Positions 62,860 through 64,000 of a DNA stretch of 64,000 nt are shown here, one piece after another. The DNA lies in NCBI RefSeq assembly GCF_033153115.1, contig NW_026889778.1:1364001-1428000 (forward strand), given 5' to 3'. Source of the DNA: Saccostrea echinata (lineage: Eukaryota). The notes under the pieces were generated by a model. It saw only the letters and a list, made by a program, of their open reading frames with translations, was not told the origin of the DNA and searched no databases. The position numbers and the translations under genes are program-made. How positions within the stretch are numbered: the stretch's first letter is position 1; every line of letters starts with the position of its first letter.

Positions 62860-64000
62860 ATGGATTCACTAAGATTCATCACTCAGTGCAAAGTACAACA
62901 GTGTTCTAAATGTCAGGGTAACACAGACTTCTACTGTTTCACGTGTAAAAATGGATTGTGTCTACAGTGTAAAGAGAAGCATTTTAATTCTCTAGATACC
63001 ATTAACCACGATGTAGTGATTTATCGGGAGAAAAAAAAGAATCATTCTTAAAAAGGAGCCTTGTGTTCAACATCCAGAGAGAATTTATGAAAAGTTTTGT
63101 CGCTCTTGTGAACTTCCGGTTTGTTTTGAATGTAAAGAGCACAAAAAACACCAAATACAGAACATTAGAGCAGCATATATAACAAACCGACAAAAATTTA
63201 GAGAAATCATTCAAAACATCAGAAGTGAGACACTCCATTACAGCTTTTCTCTCCTGGCAAAAATCAAAACTTATGTAGAAACTTGTCATACTTCCAACTC
63301 TGAAAGGGAAACAAATTTGTCAATTGGGGCCCGGATACTAAAGATATTCATTGTTATCGAAATATATTCTAGAAAAGCCAGATGTGAAAAATATATGATG
63401 GACAGACAACTACAACAGACAGAAAGGATGAACAGACACCTTACCAGCATAGAGAACTATGAACACAGATCTGAACATTCAGCAAACAGACCGGTAAAAT
63501 TCCTAGAATTTCTAAAGAAAACCCGTGTTCCCAAAATGAAAGACATCCTAATCTTACAAAACACGCCCTGATCTCCCTCACTGATAATGGTGAATCAAAC
63601 ATGAACGATGTGATTCTGTTTCATGTACTGAGAGAAATTCAAATCATAGGGACAGTAAAAACACAAGCTACACCATTGGTACACAGATATATAACACTGA
63701 AAGGTCTTAGACAAGTAACCCACATTTCCCAGGTGACATCAGACCAAGTTTGGATTAATGACGATGGAACTCTTATTTTGACGAATACAGAAGGTGACAC
63801 ACTGCATCAGCTGACAGATGTAGAAAAGTATAAGTGTGGGATACACACAACTACTATTTCCTGTGATCTTATTTATATAGACGACTACCATAACATTAAC
63901 AAGTTTTCTATAGATAACAAAACAAAATCTATACTAATAAAAAGAACAGCACCATGGAGAAGACAGTGTGTGTATTGCTCCCCCTCTAATGGAGATCTGC
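62860..64000 (+). pseudogene. RING-less TRIM-like protein, copy 3; two frameshifts (+1 in the A-run at ~63035, -1 at ~63547); runs off the window
   Basis: MDSLRFITQCKVQQCSKC.., CVQHPERIYEKFCRSCELPVCFECKEHKKH, ..QCVYCSPSNGDL; acceptor TTTCAGAAG at 62822-62830. Confidence 0.88.

Overview
AT-rich eukaryotic genomic DNA, most likely a bivalve mollusc (oyster-like, inferred from the gene and repeat families), and dominated by repeats. Host genes: three same-strand paralogues of a RING-less TRIM-like gene (2 B-boxes, coiled coil, NHL-type propeller) at ~18.4, 45.7 and 62.9 kb; one is intact, one has a nonsense codon and one is frameshifted. The most interesting object is a ~7.0-kb tyrosine-recombinase (DIRS-like) retroelement at 5393-12402 (minus strand) encoding gag-CCHC, RT, RNase H, a methyltransferase-like domain and YR. 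Its architecture looks unusual: ~230-bp inverted termini with no internal complementary region that I can find, a long subterminal hairpin, an antisense tRNA-like Pol III unit, a 37-bp VNTR open in all three frames at the gag/pol overlap, a predicted phase-0 intron joining the pol-frame leader to YR, and a convergent small antisense ORF near a promoter-like motif cluster. The rest is nested TEs: hAT, Kolobok-like, Academ-like, IS3EU-like, Tc1/pogo, a MULE-like relic, Helentron-type elements with ~166-bp satellite, Penelope-like fragments (one with a hammerhead ribozyme fold) and three modular tRNA-SINE subfamilies. All calls were made by eye; no searches were run.
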